NCBI GenBank assembly: GCA_965217185.1
Contig: OZ244252.1
Span: 992,001-1,056,000 of the forward strand
Source of the DNA: an uncultured Candidatus Entotheonella sp.
GTDB taxonomy: Bacteria > Tectomicrobia > Entotheonellia > Entotheonellales > Entotheonellaceae
DNA: 64,000 nt
Direction of reading: 5' to 3'
Shown here: positions 11,179 to 24,600 of the stretch, piece after piece
Position numbering within the stretch: position 1 is the first letter of the stretch
How the letters are laid out: the number at the start of each line of letters is the position of its first letter
Notes under the pieces: model-generated
Seen by the model: only the letters and a program-made list of their open reading frames with translations
What the model was told of the DNA's origin: nothing
The model's database searches: none
Program-made: the position numbers and the translations under genes

Positions 11179-11802
11179 TTAGGTAAGCCTCCCTGCAATT
11201 TTGTCCAGAGCTTCTTCGGCACAAATTATTGTAGTGTAATGCAATAAGTCGTATACATTCAATCCCGCCACGGGCAATACCTTGACCTGTTGAATGTTTC
11301 GTGCAGAGAGATGTAACGTCTCGTTCGGCTCTCCAACAAGCAAGAGCACCTTGGGCTCATCTGTAAAAATTCTAATCATCTGCACGATCTGGCGGGTTTT
11401 CGGTTGAGCAACATCAAACCGTTCAATAACACGAAAGGCATTTTCGCGTAGCTTTAGGCTTAAGGCGCCACAGAGTGCCGCACGGCGTTTCTTCTTCGGC
11501 ATGCTGTAACCATAGGAGCGTGGCATAGGGCCAAAGACAGTCCCTCCACCACGCCACAATGGTGAACGTCGGGATCCTGCACGCGCACGTCCAGTACCCT
11601 TTTGACGCCATGGCTTGCGCCCACCACCACGCACAGCGGAGCGATTCTTGGTATGCGCTGTTCCCTGCCGCCGGCGTGCAAGTTGATAACGTACAACCTC
11701 GTAAAGCAAGTGGTCTCTCACCTCGACTCCGAATACGCCATCCGGCAATTCGACTTGACGGAGGACCTGACCTTGAGAATCATATACGTCAATGTTCATC
11801 AA
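11179..11802 (-). CDS. rplD: 50S ribosomal protein L4
   Basis: KPWRQKGTGRARAGS. Confidence 0.98.
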   Translation of the reverse strand: MMNIDVYDSQGQVLRQVELPDGVFGVEVRDHLLYEVVRYQLARRRQGTAHTKNRSAVRGGGRKPWRQKGTGRARAGSRRSPLWRGGGTVFGPMPRSYGYSMPKKKRRAALCGALSLKLRENAFRVIERFDVAQPKTRQIVQMIRIFTDEPKVLLLVGEPNETLHLSARNIQQVKVLPVAGLNVYDLLHYTTIICAEEALDKIAGRLT

Positions 11803-12458
11803 CGTTCCCCCGTTTCCTGTGGGTGCTTTTTGCTGACCTGAACCAATATCATACCCCCGTTTGGTCCCGGTACCGCCCCCTTAACCAGCAACAGGTGACG
11901 CTCTTCCAGAAACCTGACCACTTCAAGCTTCTGCACTGTCACCCGCTCGTTGCCGTATTGCCCAGGCATGCCCCTGTTCTTAAAGACTCTGGAAGGGGTT
12001 GCGGAGGCTCCGATTGATCCTCCATGCCGGAAATGTTCGTGTGTGCCGTGAGTTCGGCTTTTGCCAGCGAAGTTATGACGTTTCATGACACCCGTAAATC
12101 CCCGTCCCTTTGATGTGCCGGTTACGTCCACATAACGCCAATTGGCAAAAATCTCGCCCGAAATCTGCTGGCCTTCCTCGAGCTCTTCGAGCGTCTGCTC
12201 GTCAACACGAAACTCCCGAAGCCAGCGTGTCGGGGGCACATTACTACGTTGGAAGTGTCCTCGTAGCGGCTTAGTGGTGCGTTTGACTTTGCCGGCCCCG
12301 AAACCAAGCTGGATCGCCGTATAACCATCGCGTGTTTGATTTTTCTTCTGGATGACCCAGCACGGACCGGTCTCGATAGCAGTGACAGGAATGACCTCCC
12401 CTTCGTCAGAGAAGATCTGAGTCATTCCCACTTTCCGTCCAATCAATCCCCGCAACAT
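11799..12458 (-). CDS. rplC: 50S ribosomal protein L3
   Basis: [26 protein letters not shown] at 12458. Confidence 0.98.
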   Translation of the reverse strand: MLRGLIGRKVGMTQIFSDEGEVIPVTAIETGPCWVIQKKNQTRDGYTAIQLGFGAGKVKRTTKPLRGHFQRSNVPPTRWLREFRVDEQTLEELEEGQQISGEIFANWRYVDVTGTSKGRGFTGVMKRHNFAGKSRTHGTHEHFRHGGSIGASATPSRVFKNRGMPGQYGNERVTVQKLEVVRFLEERHLLLVKGAVPGPNGGMILVQVSKKHPQETGER

Positions 12459-12471
12459 GTGCCCGGTTCTC

Positions 12472-12780
12472 CTACAGCTTGATTTCCACATCGATCCCTG
12501 CGGACAGGTCTAATTTCATTAGGGCTTCCACGGTCTGCGGGGTTGGCTCAACAATGTCCAAAAGACGCTTATGTGTCCGAATTTCAAACTGCTCACGGGA
12601 CTTTTTGTCAACATGTGGTGAGCGCAAAACCGTATATTTATTCAGAATTGTTGGCAAAGGAATGGGGCCCACAATTCTTGCCCCGGTTCGTTTGGCCGTC
12701 TCCACAATTTCGCCCACCGATTGATCGAGAACCCGATGGTCATACGCTTTAAGACGTATACGAATCTTTTGTCCAGCCAT
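12472..12780 (-). CDS. rpsJ: 30S ribosomal protein S10
   Basis: [23 protein letters not shown]. Confidence 0.99.
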   Translation of the reverse strand: MAGQKIRIRLKAYDHRVLDQSVGEIVETAKRTGARIVGPIPLPTILNKYTVLRSPHVDKKSREQFEIRTHKRLLDIVEPTPQTVEALMKLDLSAGIDVEIKL

Positions 12781-12816
12781 CGTTCCACCAAACCTTTATG
12801 TGATTTGTGTGCCACC

Positions 12817-14010
12817 CTACGCCAGTATTTCACTAACGACGCCTGCCCCCACCGTCCGGCCACCCTCACGGATCGCAAAGCGCAACTCTTTCTCCAAAGC
12901 AATCGGCGTGATTAACTCCACCTCCACGCCAACGTTGTCCCCAGGCATCACCATCTCCGTGCCCGAAGGCAACGTCACCACCCCCGTCACATCCGTCGTG
13001 CGAAAGTAAAACTGCGGCCGGTAACCATTGAAAAACGGCGTGTGACGACCTCCCTCGTCTTTCGACAACACGTACACTTCTGCCTGAAAACGTGTGTGCG
13101 GCGTAATCGAACCCGGCTTCGCCAATACCTGACCACGCTCAATCTCATCGCGCTTCACACCGCGCAACAACACCCCTATGTTATCACCTGCCTCGCCGCG
13201 GTCCAATATCTTCCGAAACATCTCCACGCCCGTCGCGACCGTCTTGTGCGTCTCCTTCATCCCCACGACCTCCACATCGTCGCCTACCGTCACCACGCCG
13301 CGCTCAACACGCCCCGTCGCCACCGTCCCTCGACCCGATATCGTGAACACGTCCTCCACGGGCATCAGAAACGGCCGGTCTATGGCGCGCTGCGGCGTCG
13401 GCACGTACTCATCAATCGCACCGATCAACTCAAAGATGCAAGCGGCCTCCGAAGCACTCGAGCCACCACTCTCCAATGCCTGCAGCGCACTGCCACGGAT
13501 GATCGGAATGTCGTCGCCCGGGAATTCGTACTTGCTAAGCAACTCCCGCAACTCCAACTCCACCAGGTCCAGCAATTCCTCATCGTCCACCATGTCCACT
13601 TTGTTCATGAACACCACGATGTAGGGAACCCCGACCTGACGCGCCAACAAAATATGCTCGCGCGTCTGCGGCATCGGGCCATCGGCGGCACTCACCACCA
13701 GGATTGCCCCGTCCATCTGTGCTGCGCCCGTGATCATGTTCTTCACGTAGTCGGCGTGCCCCGGACAATCGACGTGTGCGTAATGGCGGTTCTCGCTTTC
13801 GTATTCCACGTGCGCAGTAGCAATAGTGATGCCGCGGGCTTTTTCCTCGGGCGCCTTGTCGATCTGGTCAAAGGGCACATAGTCCGCCTTGCCTTCCGCT
13901 GCTAGTACCTGCGTCATGGCAGACGTAAGCGTCGTCTTGCCGTGGTCTACGTGACCGATCGTCCCGACGTTGACGTGCGGCTTGCTACGCTCGAATTTCG
14001 CCTTCGACAT
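12817..14010 (-). CDS. tuf: Elongation factor Tu (str-operon copy)
   Basis: [17 protein letters not shown]. Confidence 0.99.
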   Translation of the reverse strand: MSKAKFERSKPHVNVGTIGHVDHGKTTLTSAMTQVLAAEGKADYVPFDQIDKAPEEKARGITIATAHVEYESENRHYAHVDCPGHADYVKNMITGAAQMDGAILVVSAADGPMPQTREHILLARQVGVPYIVVFMNKVDMVDDEELLDLVELELRELLSKYEFPGDDIPIIRGSALQALESGGSSASEAACIFELIGAIDEYVPTPQRAIDRPFLMPVEDVFTISGRGTVATGRVERGVVTVGDDVEVVGMKETHKTVATGVEMFRKILDRGEAGDNIGVLLRGVKRDEIERGQVLAKPGSITPHTRFQAEVYVLSKDEGGRHTPFFNGYRPQFYFRTTDVTGVVTLPSGTEMVMPGDNVGVEVELITPIALEKELRFAIREGGRTVGAGVVSEILA

Positions 14011-14082
14011 TAACTTACCCCCCTCTGTGTCACAAATTCCTAAGCAATATGCTGCCTCGCCCGACTTCTATCCAAACGGCCC

Positions 14083-16149
14083 CTACACGGCACACAATTC
14101 CGTTTGCTTATGGGATGGAACGGCCTCATAGAATGCAAACTGCATCGTAAATGTCGCCCGTCCCTGCGTCCGGGAACGCAGGTCTGTAGCGTAGCCAAAC
14201 ATCTCTGCTAACGGCACATGGGCCGATACAACTTTAGCACCAGCTCGATCTTCCATGCCTCGCACTTTGCCTCGACGGCTATTCAGATCGCCAATAACAT
14301 CACCCATGTGTTCATTTGGAACCACGACTTCAACACTCACAATGGGCTCCAGAATTACTGGATTAGCGTTCTTTACTGCCTCCTTAAAAGCCATGGACGC
14401 CGCAACCTTGAAAGCGAGTTCCGAAGAATCAACATCGTGATACGATCCATCGTAGAGAATAGCTTTCATGTCGACTACCGGATGTCCTATGAGAATACCA
14501 TGCTGCATTGCCTCGGCGACACCCGACTTCACGGCCGATATATATTCTCTGGGAACCGCTCCGCCAACAATGGCATCTTCAAATACATAGCCAGAGCCTC
14601 GTTCCAAAGGCTCGAACCGCATCTTAACGTGACCATACTGACCTCGACCACCGCTTTGTCTCACAAATCGTCCTTCGGATTCTGCGACATGCTGAATCGA
14701 TTCCCTGTATGCCACCTGAGGGCGGGATACGTGGGCAGCAACCTGAAATTCCCGTGCTAGGCGGTCCACGAGAATTTCGAGGTGTAACTCGCCCATACCA
14801 GAAATGATGGTTTGACCGGTTTCTTTGTCAATCCGTACCCGGAAGGTCGGGTCCTCCCGAGAGATTTTGCTGAGCGACATGCCCAGTTTGTCGCTGTCAG
14901 CTTTGGTCTTTGGTTCAATAGCAATTGCCATCACTGGCTCGGGAAACGTTATCGCTTCCAGGACGACTGACTGAGAGGTGTCGCACAGCGTATCGCCGGT
15001 TGCCGTATTCTTCAGACCGATTACCGCTCCGATGTCTCCAGCCTGAATTTCCTTCACGTCCTCTCTCTTGTTGGCATGCATTTTCATCAGGCGCCCGATG
15101 CGTTCTTGTTTATCCTTAGTGGAGTTGTACACGTAAGAACCTGCCTCCAACACCCCGGAGTAAACCCGCACGAAGACTAATTGTCCCACATAAGGGTCAA
15201 CCATGACTTTGAACGCTAACGCCGCTAGGGCATTGTCGTCGGCAGCACGAAAAATTCTTTCTCCTGTTTTGGATTCTATGCCAGCCATAGGGGGGACATC
15301 GACGGGCGAGGGCAAGTAATCGACAATGCCATCCAGCAGAGGTTGGACGCCTTTGTTCCGGAATGCAGCACCGCAGAGAACCGGTGTGATTTGATTGTTG
15401 ATTGTACCTTGACGGATTACCTTGGCGAGCTCTCTAGGGGTAATAACTTCCTCGGCCAAATACCGCTCCATGAGAGCCTCGTCCAATTCGGCCGCGTCTT
15501 CGAGCAGACGCGCTTGATATTGTCTCGCCTGCTCGTGGTAAGAATCAGGAATGTCCGTCGTACGGTACCCAACTCCTAGGTTGTCTTCGTCGTAGACGAT
15601 TGCTTGCATTCGCAGGAGGTCGATCACCCCGCAGAACTTCTCCTCACTGCCCAATGGCAGTTGTAAAATCACCGGAGAACTCCCCAAACGCTCTTCTATC
15701 GCCCTTACCGTGCGAAAAAAATCGGCCCCGGCGCGATCCAACTTGTTCACGAATGCTATGCGCGGCACACGATACTTCTCCGCCTGCCGCCACACCGTCT
15801 CCGATTGCGGCTCCACACCTCCTACCGCGCAGAAAAGGCCCACTGCGCCATCAAGCACGCGCAAGCTTCGTTCCACTTCGGCCGTAAAGTCCACATGCCC
15901 CGGTGTGTCAATGATGTTGATGACATGGTCACCCCAGGCACATGTCGTGGCAGCGGAGGTGATTGTGATGCCTCGCTCCTGCTCCTGAACCATCCAATCC
16001 ATCGTGGCAGAACCTTCGTGGACTTCACCTAGGCGATGCGACCTGCCGGTGTAATAGAGGATGCGTTCAGTCGTTGTCGTCTTTCCCGCGTCAATGTGCG
16101 CGATGATGCCGATGTTACGTGTTCTTTCCAACGGAACTAGCCGGGGCAC
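14083..16149 (-). CDS. fusA: Elongation factor G
   Basis: [21 protein letters not shown]; likely GTG start at 16149. Confidence 0.98.
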   Translation of the reverse strand: MPRLVPLERTRNIGIIAHIDAGKTTTTERILYYTGRSHRLGEVHEGSATMDWMVQEQERGITITSAATTCAWGDHVINIIDTPGHVDFTAEVERSLRVLDGAVGLFCAVGGVEPQSETVWRQAEKYRVPRIAFVNKLDRAGADFFRTVRAIEERLGSSPVILQLPLGSEEKFCGVIDLLRMQAIVYDEDNLGVGYRTTDIPDSYHEQARQYQARLLEDAAELDEALMERYLAEEVITPRELAKVIRQGTINNQITPVLCGAAFRNKGVQPLLDGIVDYLPSPVDVPPMAGIESKTGERIFRAADDNALAALAFKVMVDPYVGQLVFVRVYSGVLEAGSYVYNSTKDKQERIGRLMKMHANKREDVKEIQAGDIGAVIGLKNTATGDTLCDTSQSVVLEAITFPEPVMAIAIEPKTKADSDKLGMSLSKISREDPTFRVRIDKETGQTIISGMGELHLEILVDRLAREFQVAAHVSRPQVAYRESIQHVAESEGRFVRQSGGRGQYGHVKMRFEPLERGSGYVFEDAIVGGAVPREYISAVKSGVAEAMQHGILIGHPVVDMKAILYDGSYHDVDSSELAFKVAASMAFKEAVKNANPVILEPIVSVEVVVPNEHMGDVIGDLNSRRGKVRGMEDRAGAKVVSAHVPLAEMFGYATDLRSRTQGRATFTMQFAFYEAVPSHKQTELCAV

Positions 16150-16367
16150 GGGAACCTCATTTCTCTTTCTGCAACGCGCAATACCAAGTGTAATGAGCAC
16201 TGGCAGTGTTCACTAGTAATTATTGAACCCAATCGAAAACGCTACAATTTGGCATCCGAAAGGCGTGCCCCAGACGGTGAGCCAACGCCCTTGCTCTCGT
16301 CACAACCCAACTGGCAGCACCCAAAGGTGCTGGGCGAGGAATTTTTAATGGAAAGTTACGGATGGGA

Positions 16368-16838
16368 TCACCAACGATAATGAGCGAAGGCTTTATTGGC
16401 TTCCGCCATACGATGTGTGTCTTCTTTTTTCTTTACCGCGTTTCCCGTATTACGATACGCATCAAGTAGTTCTGCCGCCAAACGCCTTAACATCCCTCGG
16501 TCGCTACGAGCGCGAGCGCTCCCGATAATCCAACGCATACTCAAAGCGATCCGTCGGTCAGGCGGGACGTCCACTGGAATCTGGTAGGTGGACCCTCCCA
16601 CTCTGCGTGACCGCACTTCGATGACAGGCCGCACGTTATCCACGGCTTGTCGGAATACCTTCAGTGGTTCTTCGCCAGTTTGTTCGCCAAGCACGTCCAT
16701 CGCACCGTACATGATTCGTTCAGCGATACTTTTCTTGCCGCGCTTCATCAGGACATTGACACAACGCGTGACGAATACGTCGCCGTATCTAGGATCCGGC
16801 AGAACCGGTCGTTTCGTCACAACTTTTCTTCGTGGCAT
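16368..16838 (-). CDS. rpsG: 30S ribosomal protein S7
   Basis: MPRRK start, [23 protein letters not shown]. Confidence 0.98.
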   Translation of the reverse strand: MPRRKVVTKRPVLPDPRYGDVFVTRCVNVLMKRGKKSIAERIMYGAMDVLGEQTGEEPLKVFRQAVDNVRPVIEVRSRRVGGSTYQIPVDVPPDRRIALSMRWIIGSARARSDRGMLRRLAAELLDAYRNTGNAVKKKEDTHRMAEANKAFAHYRW

Positions 16839-16902
16839 GCAGCCTCTCCAAAAATGAAGAGGAGGCGGCATGAAAATTCACTACCGCCTCCCTCGAACTC
16901 AA

Positions 16903-17271
16903 TTACGATCTCTTAGCCCCGTATTTCGACCTGCCCTTTTTGCGGTTTTGAACCCCCATCGTATCCAAAGTACCGCGCACAATATGATACCGCACGCCCG
17001 GCAAATCCTTCACGCGCCCACCCCGGATTAAAACAATTGCGTGTTCCTGCAAATTGTGGCCGACACCCGGAATGTATGCCGTCACTTCGATACCATTGGT
17101 AAGCCGTACACGTGCCACCTTACGCAGGGCGGAGTTCGGCTTTTTTGGTGTTGAAGTGTAGACTCTCGTGCAAACCCCGCGTTTCTGAGGGTTTGAACGC
17201 AACGCGGGGCTAGAGGTCTTTTTCTTCGCCCGCTTCCGTCCCTTTTGAATCAACTGATGAATCGTAGGCAT
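16903..17271 (-). CDS. rpsL: 30S ribosomal protein S12
   Basis: [27 protein letters not shown]. Confidence 0.99.
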   Translation of the reverse strand: MPTIHQLIQKGRKRAKKKTSSPALRSNPQKRGVCTRVYTSTPKKPNSALRKVARVRLTNGIEVTAYIPGVGHNLQEHAIVLIRGGRVKDLPGVRYHIVRGTLDTMGVQNRKKGRSKYGAKRS

Positions 17272-17345
17272 AAGAAACCTTTTATCAAAAACTGATATCT
17301 GTGTGTACAACACAACTCTATGGATTGTCAAGAATTACTGCGCTT

Positions 17346-20300
17346 TTAATTGCCCCCTTCTTGACCCTCAGCGGCGAGCATGACATCCGCATCGGGCTCA
17401 TCAGCAGCCGGGAAAATCTGTGTTTCATCGACGTAATCGCCCACCCCATTCACATCCGGTTCGACTAGATTGTCGTGGTGTTGAGCGATACCTGTGCCAG
17501 CCGGAATGACGCGCCCCATGATGACGTTCTCTTTCAGACCGCGGAGCCGGTCAACCATGCCACTCACCGCAGCCTGTGTCAGCACGCGTGTCGTTTCTTG
17601 GAAAGAAGCTGCCGAAATGAAACTCTCCGTACTTAACGAGGATTTGGTGATTCCCAAGAGGATGGGCTTGCCAAGGGCCGGTTCACCCCCCTCGGCTACA
17701 ATGGTCTGATTGCGGCGAGAGAAAATCGTCTTGGCCACTTGCTCACCAACCAAGAATTCAGTGTCTCCAGGTTCCTCAACCTCCACACGTTTTAGCATTT
17801 GCTTGACAATTACCTCAATGTGCTTGTCATTGATCTGTACCCCTTGAAGGCGATATACCTCCTGGATTTCGTTCACGAGATATTTCTGCAATTCCTGCTC
17901 GCCCCGGATGTCAAGAATATCATGGGGATTGACTGCCCCATCCATCAATGGTTCACTGGCGCGCACCCGATCGCCTTCATGCACATTGACGTATTTACCT
18001 CGTGGCACCAGATATTCCCGTTCTTCACCGCTATCCGCCGCGACAATAACCTTGCGGGCACCTCGCTGAAATCCTCCGAATCTCACAACACCATCAAGCT
18101 CGGAAATGATCGCTTGTTCCTTCGGTTTCCGGGCTTCAAAGAGCTCAGCAACACGCGGCAATCCACCGGTGATATCTTTTGTCTTTGCCGTTTCGCGCGG
18201 GATCTTTACCAAAACGTCGCCAGCGGAAATCATTTCTCCCTCCGTCACGGAAATGTGCGCACCAGCAGGGAGTTGATAGCGTCCTAATGTTGCATTCTGT
18301 TCATCCTTGATGGATACGCGTGGTTGACGCTTTTCATCGTGATGATCGAGAATTACTTTCTGCGACAATCCGGTCTGTTCGTCTAGTTCTTCCTGAACTG
18401 TGACACCTTCCACAAGATCGCCGTAGGCGACGCGACCGGAAACCTCTGAAAGAATCGAACGAGTGTAAGGATCCCACTCGACTAGGTTTTCGCCGCGCTC
18501 GATCTTCTGGCCGTCCCTCACCCTTAGACGTGCTCCGTACTCAATTGGATAGCGCTCCTTCTCGCGCTCCTCTTCATCTTGGATAACCAGGACGCCGTTA
18601 CGGTTCATAACCACCATCGCACCTTCGCGATTGTTTACCGTGCGAAGATTCTGGTAGCGCACCACCCCATTGTTCTTGGCTTGTAAGGTGCTCTGGTCTA
18701 CCTGTAAGCTCGCAGCCCCTCCGATGTGGAACGTTCGCATGGTGAGCTGCGTGCCTGGCTCGCCAATCGACTGGGCAGCAATCACGCCCACGGCCTCGCC
18801 GATTTCGGCTAAAGAACCAGAAGCCAAATTGCGCCCATAACACATTGCACAGATGCCACTTTTCAGCTCGCAGGTAAGTACAGACCGCATGACAACATGC
18901 TCAAGCCCGGCGTTTTCAAGGCGTTCTGCAGCTGCCTCATCGACAAGCGTATTGCGGACAACCAACACCTCGCCACTATAGGGATCCAGCACATCTTCGG
19001 CGGTGACACGGCCGAGAATTCGCTCTCCGAGCGATTCGATGATCTCACCACTTTGAACAAGAGCCGTGACTATAGCGCCGCCGAGAGTTTCGCAGTCTTG
19101 GGTCAGGACAATCACATCCTGGGCCACATCTACCAATCGACGGGTCAAATAGCCGGAATTGGCTGTCTTGAGGGCCGTATCTGCAAGTCCTTTCCTCGCC
19201 CCGTGTGTAGAAATGAAATACTGGAGCACACTAAGCCCTTCGCGGAAATTCGCCGTAATCGGCGTTTCCATGATTTCCCCGCTTGGCTTAGCCATCAGGC
19301 CTCGCATGCCCGCCAGTTGTCGAATCTGCTGCAGACCACCGCGTGCTCCCGAGCTCGCCATTGCATAGATCGGATTGAAGTCGTGCCGAGCTTCGTTGGA
19401 GTCACGATTATGCATGACCTCAAGGTCTTCCCGCTCCAACTCCTTGAACATTTCGTTGGATACTTGCTCAGTGACCTTTGCCCAAATGTCGACGATTTTG
19501 TTGTAGCGCTCGCCGTTCGTGATGAGGCCATCTCGATACTGACTCTCGACATCTACAACTTGAGTTTGGGCTTCTTCGATCAAAGATTCCTTCATCATCG
19601 GGATGTGCATATCATCTATTCCGATGGAGAGCCCAGACTGAGTTGCGTATTGGAATCCAAGTGTCTTGAGGTCCTCCAAGAGTTGTACGGTCCGCTCCTT
19701 CCCAACACGCTGATAGCATTCCGCCACTAGGTCCGTCAGGGAAGCCTTGTCCATGTGCCGATTCACCCGCTCGAATTCCAATTCCGGCGGCAAAACCTCA
19801 CGGAAGAGAATACGACCGACCGTGGTGGGCACAACATCCTTGCCCATCCGCACACGGATACGAGCCTGTAATCCAATCTCCTCGGCATCATATGCAATGC
19901 GAACTTCCTCGGGGTTCGTAAACAGTTTACCCTCTCCGAGACTTCCACCCCGCTCCTTGGTCATATAGTAGCAACCCATAATGATATCTTGGCTAGGCAC
20001 TGCCAAAGGCTTACCGTGGGCAGCCGACAGGATATTATTCACCGATAACATGAGGGCCTTGGCTTCAACTTGAGCTTCGACAGAGAGGGGCACGTGAACT
20101 GCCATTTGATCACCGTCGAAATCGGCGTTGAATGCCGAACATACCAGCGGGTGGATACGGATCGCCTTACCCTCTACCAACACGGGTTCAAAGGCCTGAA
20201 TGCCAAGACGATGAAGGGTGGGCGCCCGGTTCAGCAAGACCGTGTATTCGTGAATGATCTCGTCAAGGGCATCCCAAACTTCCGGTAGACCCTTTTCCAC

Positions 20301-21560
20301 CATTCTCTTGGCGCTCTTGATGGTGTTAACATGCCCACGTTCTTCGAGCTTGTGATAGATGAAGGGCTTGAAGAGTTCCAAAGCCATTGTTTTTGGCAGC
20401 CCGCACTGGTGCAACTTGAGTTCCGGCCCTACGACAATAACGGAACGTCCAGAGTAGTCGACTCGTTTTCCCAGCAGGTTCTGCCGAAAACGTCCTTGCT
20501 TACCTTTAAGCATGTCACTCAAGGATTTCAGCGGACGCTTGTTCGGCCCCCGCAAGGCACGGCCACGTCGACCATTGTCGAATAGCGCGTCCACGGCTTC
20601 TTGTAACATGCGTTTCTCATTACGAATAATGATTTCCGGAGCACGCAACTCCTGTAAACGGATCAGCCGATTATTTCGGTTGATGACCCTACGGTACAAG
20701 TCGTTCAAGTCCGAGGTGGCAAAACGCCCCCCGTCCAATGGTACCAATGGGCGTAACTCTGGCGGAATCACGGGTATTACTTCAAGAATCATCCATTCGG
20801 GTCGGTTGTCCGATTTACGGAAGGCTTCGACGACCTTTAGCCGTTTGATAATTTTTTTTCGTTTTTGCAGCGACGCCGACTCATGCATTTCTGACCGCAG
20901 GGATTCAGCCAACTCGTCAAGGTCCAAACGACGCAGCAACTCGCGGATCGCTTCGGCCCCCATGCCAGTCACAACATCGGCGCTAGGTTCGAGACGACGA
21001 GATTCATCATACGGCTTTACGCCATACGTTACGACCTTGCTGCCGTGCTCCTTGACCAGTTCGCGATGACGTTCCTCCATCAGGAGTTCTTGCTTTTTCA
21101 ACCCTGTCACACCAGGGTCTATGACCACATAATTTTCGAAATAGAGAATGCGCTCCAACTCTCGCAAAGACATGTCCAGCAGGATTCCAATACGACTAGG
21201 AATGCCTTTGAAAAACCAAACATGAGACACCGGGCATGCCAGTTCAATGTGTCCAAGCCGCTCGCGCCGCACTTTAGATTGGATAACCTCGACGCCGCAT
21301 TTCTCACAAACGACACCGCGGTGCTTCATGCGCTTGTATTTGCCGCAGTTGCACTCCCAATCTTTTGCTGGGCCGAAAATCTTGGCGCAAAACAGCCCGT
21401 CACGTTCAGGCTTGAAGGTGCGATAGTTGATGGTTTCCGGCTTCTTGACCTCGCCGTGTGACCATGAGCGGATTTTTTGCGGCGACGCGAGACGTATACG
21501 AATCGCACTGAAAGAAGTGGGGTCTTTGGGTTTCTCATACAGATTAAATATGCTATCCAA
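17346..21560 (-). CDS. rpoC: RNA polymerase beta' subunit
   Basis: NADFDGD catalytic motif, N-terminal CxC..CxxC Zn domain. Confidence 0.99.
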   Translation of the reverse strand: MDSIFNLYEKPKDPTSFSAIRIRLASPQKIRSWSHGEVKKPETINYRTFKPERDGLFCAKIFGPAKDWECNCGKYKRMKHRGVVCEKCGVEVIQSKVRRERLGHIELACPVSHVWFFKGIPSRIGILLDMSLRELERILYFENYVVIDPGVTGLKKQELLMEERHRELVKEHGSKVVTYGVKPYDESRRLEPSADVVTGMGAEAIRELLRRLDLDELAESLRSEMHESASLQKRKKIIKRLKVVEAFRKSDNRPEWMILEVIPVIPPELRPLVPLDGGRFATSDLNDLYRRVINRNNRLIRLQELRAPEIIIRNEKRMLQEAVDALFDNGRRGRALRGPNKRPLKSLSDMLKGKQGRFRQNLLGKRVDYSGRSVIVVGPELKLHQCGLPKTMALELFKPFIYHKLEERGHVNTIKSAKRMVEKGLPEVWDALDEIIHEYTVLLNRAPTLHRLGIQAFEPVLVEGKAIRIHPLVCSAFNADFDGDQMAVHVPLSVEAQVEAKALMLSVNNILSAAHGKPLAVPSQDIIMGCYYMTKERGGSLGEGKLFTNPEEVRIAYDAEEIGLQARIRVRMGKDVVPTTVGRILFREVLPPELEFERVNRHMDKASLTDLVAECYQRVGKERTVQLLEDLKTLGFQYATQSGLSIGIDDMHIPMMKESLIEEAQTQVVDVESQYRDGLITNGERYNKIVDIWAKVTEQVSNEMFKELEREDLEVMHNRDSNEARHDFNPIYAMASSGARGGLQQIRQLAGMRGLMAKPSGEIMETPITANFREGLSVLQYFISTHGARKGLADTALKTANSGYLTRRLVDVAQDVIVLTQDCETLGGAIVTALVQSGEIIESLGERILGRVTAEDVLDPYSGEVLVVRNTLVDEAAAERLENAGLEHVVMRSVLTCELKSGICAMCYGRNLASGSLAEIGEAVGVIAAQSIGEPGTQLTMRTFHIGGAASLQVDQSTLQAKNNGVVRYQNLRTVNNREGAMVVMNRNGVLVIQDEEEREKERYPIEYGARLRVRDGQKIERGENLVEWDPYTRSILSEVSGRVAYGDLVEGVTVQEELDEQTGLSQKVILDHHDEKRQPRVSIKDEQNATLGRYQLPAGAHISVTEGEMISAGDVLVKIPRETAKTKDITGGLPRVAELFEARKPKEQAIISELDGVVRFGGFQRGARKVIVAADSGEEREYLVPRGKYVNVHEGDRVRASEPLMDGAVNPHDILDIRGEQELQKYLVNEIQEVYRLQGVQINDKHIEVIVKQMLKRVEVEEPGDTEFLVGEQVAKTIFSRRNQTIVAEGGEPALGKPILLGITKSSLSTESFISAASFQETTRVLTQAAVSGMVDRLRGLKENVIMGRVIPAGTGIAQHHDNLVEPDVNGVGDYVDETQIFPAADEPDADVMLAAEGQEGGN

Positions 21561-21587
21561 AGGCGACCTCCTTCAGCAGGTGTCAGG

Positions 21588-21624
21588 ATTTGCATCAATG
21601 CAACAATTTGCATCAATGCAACAA
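21588..21624. repeat. 18-bp tandem duplication, each unit palindromic
   Basis: atttgcatcaatgcaaca x2; core TTGCAT-ca-ATGCAA is an inverted repeat. Confidence 0.85.
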
Positions 21625-21680
21625 CTGGACGGCGTAGCGTCTAGACAAACTGGAACAGACTGGCACGTAATGGTGAAGAA

Positions 21681-24600
21681 TTACTCAGACATTTCTTCCA
21701 ACTGGTCATCCTGCGGCACATCGTTCGCCTCCAGTAACTCGACATCAAGGGCCAAACTCTGCAATTCCTTCACAAGAACATTAAAGGATTCCGGCAAACT
21801 TGCTTCCAGGGTATTTTCACCCTTGACAATGGCCTCATACATCCGGGTACGTCCAGCAACATCATCCGACTTAACAGTAAGCATCTCCTGCAACGTACGG
21901 GCAGCGCCATAAGCTTCAAGCGCCCATACTTCCATCTCCCCCAAACGCTGCCCACCGAACTGCGCCTTGCCTCCCAGTGGCTGCTGCGTTACCAGAGAGT
22001 AAGGTCCGGTTGAACGGGCATGAATTTTATCGTCAACGAGATGATGGAGCTTCATCATATAAATCTGACCAACGACAACTTTCTGGTCGAATGGGACGCC
22101 AGACTTCCCGTCAAACAATTCTACACGGCCGTTATCCGGCAGATCAGCCCGTACCAGTGCGTCTTTGATGTCTCTTTCCGTTGCCCCATCGAATACCGGT
22201 GTTGCCACCGCTAGATCCAATTTTTGTACGGCCCAACCCAAATGGGTCTCAAGAATTTGTCCAACATTCATGCGCGACGGTACGCCAAGGGGATTCAGAA
22301 TGAGATCAATTGGGGTGCCGTCGGCCATATAAGGCATGTCTTCTTCGGGCACAATGATTGATACTACGCCCTTATTTCCATGCCGACCAGCCATCTTGTC
22401 CCCAACGCTTAACTTGCGTTTCATGGCGACATAGACCTTAACCATCTTAATGACGCCCGGCGGCAATTCATCACCCCGACGGAGCTTGACGGCTTTTTCT
22501 TCTGACGCCCTCTTCAGATCATCAAGTTGCCGCTCCGCCGCTTCAGTTATCTCCAGCATACGTTCATGGACAAGGTCGGACTCCTTGACTCGGACGTCCA
22601 GAAGCGCTTTGCCGGACAATTTGGCCAATGCCTTCTCCGTGAGTTTCGTATCCTTGGAGGCCTGCCGATTTGCCTTGCCATTAGACACATCAGCGATAAT
22701 GGCTGTTTTGCCTACAAGGAGACGGCGAATCTTCTTGTCCCGCTCTCCCTCGACGATTTTGATTTCATCATAGATGTCCTTTTCGATACGGGCCACGTCT
22801 TCATCTTCAATAGATTGCATACGTTCGTCTTTGTCGGCCCCACGGCGCGAAAACACTCGCACCCCAACTATCGTACCCTCCACGCCTGGGGGCACGGTCA
22901 GCGACGTGTCCCGCACATCTCCAGCCTTCTCGCCAAAGATGGCCTTAAGAAGCTTTTCCTCGGGACTTAATTGCGTCTCACCCTTCGGAGTAATCTTCCC
23001 AACCAATATATCTCCGGGCGTAACGGTTGCGCCAATCCGAACAATGCCGCTCTCATCGAGATTCGCTAGCGCATCCTCGCCTACGTTTGGGATGTCCCGG
23101 GTGATCTCCTCCTTGCCCTGCTTGGTGTCACACGCTTCAGCCTCAAATTCTTCAATGTGTATCGAAGTAAAAACATCTTCTTTCACAATGCGTTCGCTGA
23201 TGACTATCGCATCTTCGAAGTTGTACCCGCCCCAAGGCATGAAGGCTACGAGCACGTTGCGGCCGAGCGCTAATTCACCGAATTCAGTTGACGGGCCATC
23301 GGCCAGCACTCCGCCCTTGTTGACGTGTTGCCCTAAACGCACAATGGGGCGTTGGTTGATACAGGTACTTTGATTAGACCGTTGGTATTTCACCAGAGAG
23401 TAGATGTCGACTCGGGTATTTCCTCCTTCATCATCTTCATCCACCCGTACGACGATACGCGTCGCATCAACGTTAACCACCTCGCCCGTCGCCTTCGCCA
23501 AAACGACAGCACCTGAATCACGGGCGGCAATTGTTTCCATTCCCGTCCCAACAATTGGCGACTCGGTTTGCAAGAGGGGTACGGCCTGACGTTGCATATT
23601 AGAACCCATCAAAGCCCGGTTCGCGTCGTCGTTTTCTAGGAACGGGATCAAAGAAGCCGCGACGCTGACAAGCTGTTTCGGCGACACGTCCATAAAATTG
23701 ATTTCACTCGGTGGGGTTAGAACGAAGTCGCCCCCACTGCGTGCCGATATCACATCTTGAACAAATTCACCCTTTTCCGTTACTTCTGCATTTGCCTGAG
23801 CGATAACGTACTGGTCCTCTTCAATGGCCGATAAGAATTTAATTTCATCCGTCACACGGCCCTGTTCCACCTTGCGGTACGGGGTCTCGATGAAACCGAA
23901 ACGATTCACCCGTGCATACGTGCTGAGTGAGGCGATCAGTCCGATATTGGGCCCCTCGGGAGTTTCAATGGGACAAATGCGTCCGTAATGTGTTGGGTGG
24001 ACATCTCGAACTTCAAAACCTGCCCGGTCTCTCGTCAGGCCACCCGGCCCCAAAGCTGACAAGCGACGCTTGTGGGTAATTTCTGACAACGGATTGGTCT
24101 GATCCATGAACTGAGACAACTGACTGCTACCAAAAAATTCCTTCACGGCCGCTGTCACGGGTTTTGAGTTGATCAGGTCATGCGGCATTGCTGTCTCAAG
24201 ATCCTGAATACTCATCCGTTCACGAACGGCGCGTTCCATGCGCACTAGGCCTATCCGCAACTGGTTTTCAAGCAATTCACCAACAGAACGCACGCGACGA
24301 TTACCCAAATGATCGATGTCGTCAACCGTCCCGCCACCTTGGCGCAATGCCAAGAGGTATCGAACGACCTCAATCACATCTTGCTGCGTCAACATGCGCG
24401 TCTCAAGCGACAAATCAAGGCCTAACTTCGTATTTAGCTTCAACCGTCCTATTCTAGAGAGGTCGTAACGTTTGGCATTAAAGAAGAGATTGTCAAAAAA
24501 TAGGCGCGCGGTGTCCTTCGTTGGGATGTCGCCAGGTCGCAAGCGTTTATAAATTTCCAACAGCGCCTCCTCTTTCGTCTCAAGGCGGTCCGCCATAAGC

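Noticed and set aside
24040..24140. Rifampicin-resistance substitutions in RpoB cluster I
   Set aside because: The sequence [22 protein letters not shown] matches the sensitive consensus.
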